From Amoebidium appalachense (lineage: Eukaryota; Protista; Ichthyosporea): a DNA stretch of 64,000 nucleotides. The notes under the pieces were generated by a model, which ran no database searches, was not told where the DNA came from, and saw only the letters and a list, made by a program, of their open reading frames with translations. A program made the position numbers and the translations under genes. Of the stretch, positions 63,977-64,000 are shown one piece after another (the first letter of the stretch is position 1; the number at the start of each line of letters is the position of its first letter). The stretch is from contig CAVNZM010000017.1 in assembly GCA_963693365.1 (NCBI GenBank), positions 4,764,708 to 4,828,707 of the forward strand, in the 5' to 3' direction.

Positions 63977-64000
63977 CAAAAAAAGCAAAAAAGAGAAAAA

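Overview
Intron-rich eukaryotic nuclear DNA. The gene content fits a unicellular opisthokont, but that is only an inference. Introns are packed with poly-G/poly-C runs and (CA/TG)n and (CT/GA)n microsatellites, so almost all ORF-track entries are artefacts. By threading GT-AG exons by hand I reconstruct six genes: (1) a 15-exon, ~1212-aa minus-strand protein with a Gly-rich N-terminus (4166-19229); (2) a compact 3-exon, 110-aa basic protein with a K/P/A-rich tail and an 'FSSGGFGW...VVGSK' domain (28425-29281); (3) an MLK/DLK/ZAK-type kinase (minus, 30995 to at least 42393); (4) a DeSI1/PPPDE peptidase (minus, 45370-49290); (5) head-to-head with it, a probably mitochondrial FAD-dependent GlpA/LhgO-like oxidoreductase (49938-59257); (6) the 5' part of a CAMK-group kinase (62030 to window end). 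There are also partial genes, a Tc1/mariner-type MITE and several repeats. The most striking unexplained signal is a dispersed intronic repeat family (~17 copies). Its members share one 3' end (…CATTC(T/A)AACCCC running into poly-C), have variable 5' truncation, and almost all follow host-gene orientation. The longest copies carry a Penelope-like ORF tail and a partial hammerhead-like core. A second signal is that many 3' splice sites are preceded by (CA)n or poly-C instead of a U-rich tract.
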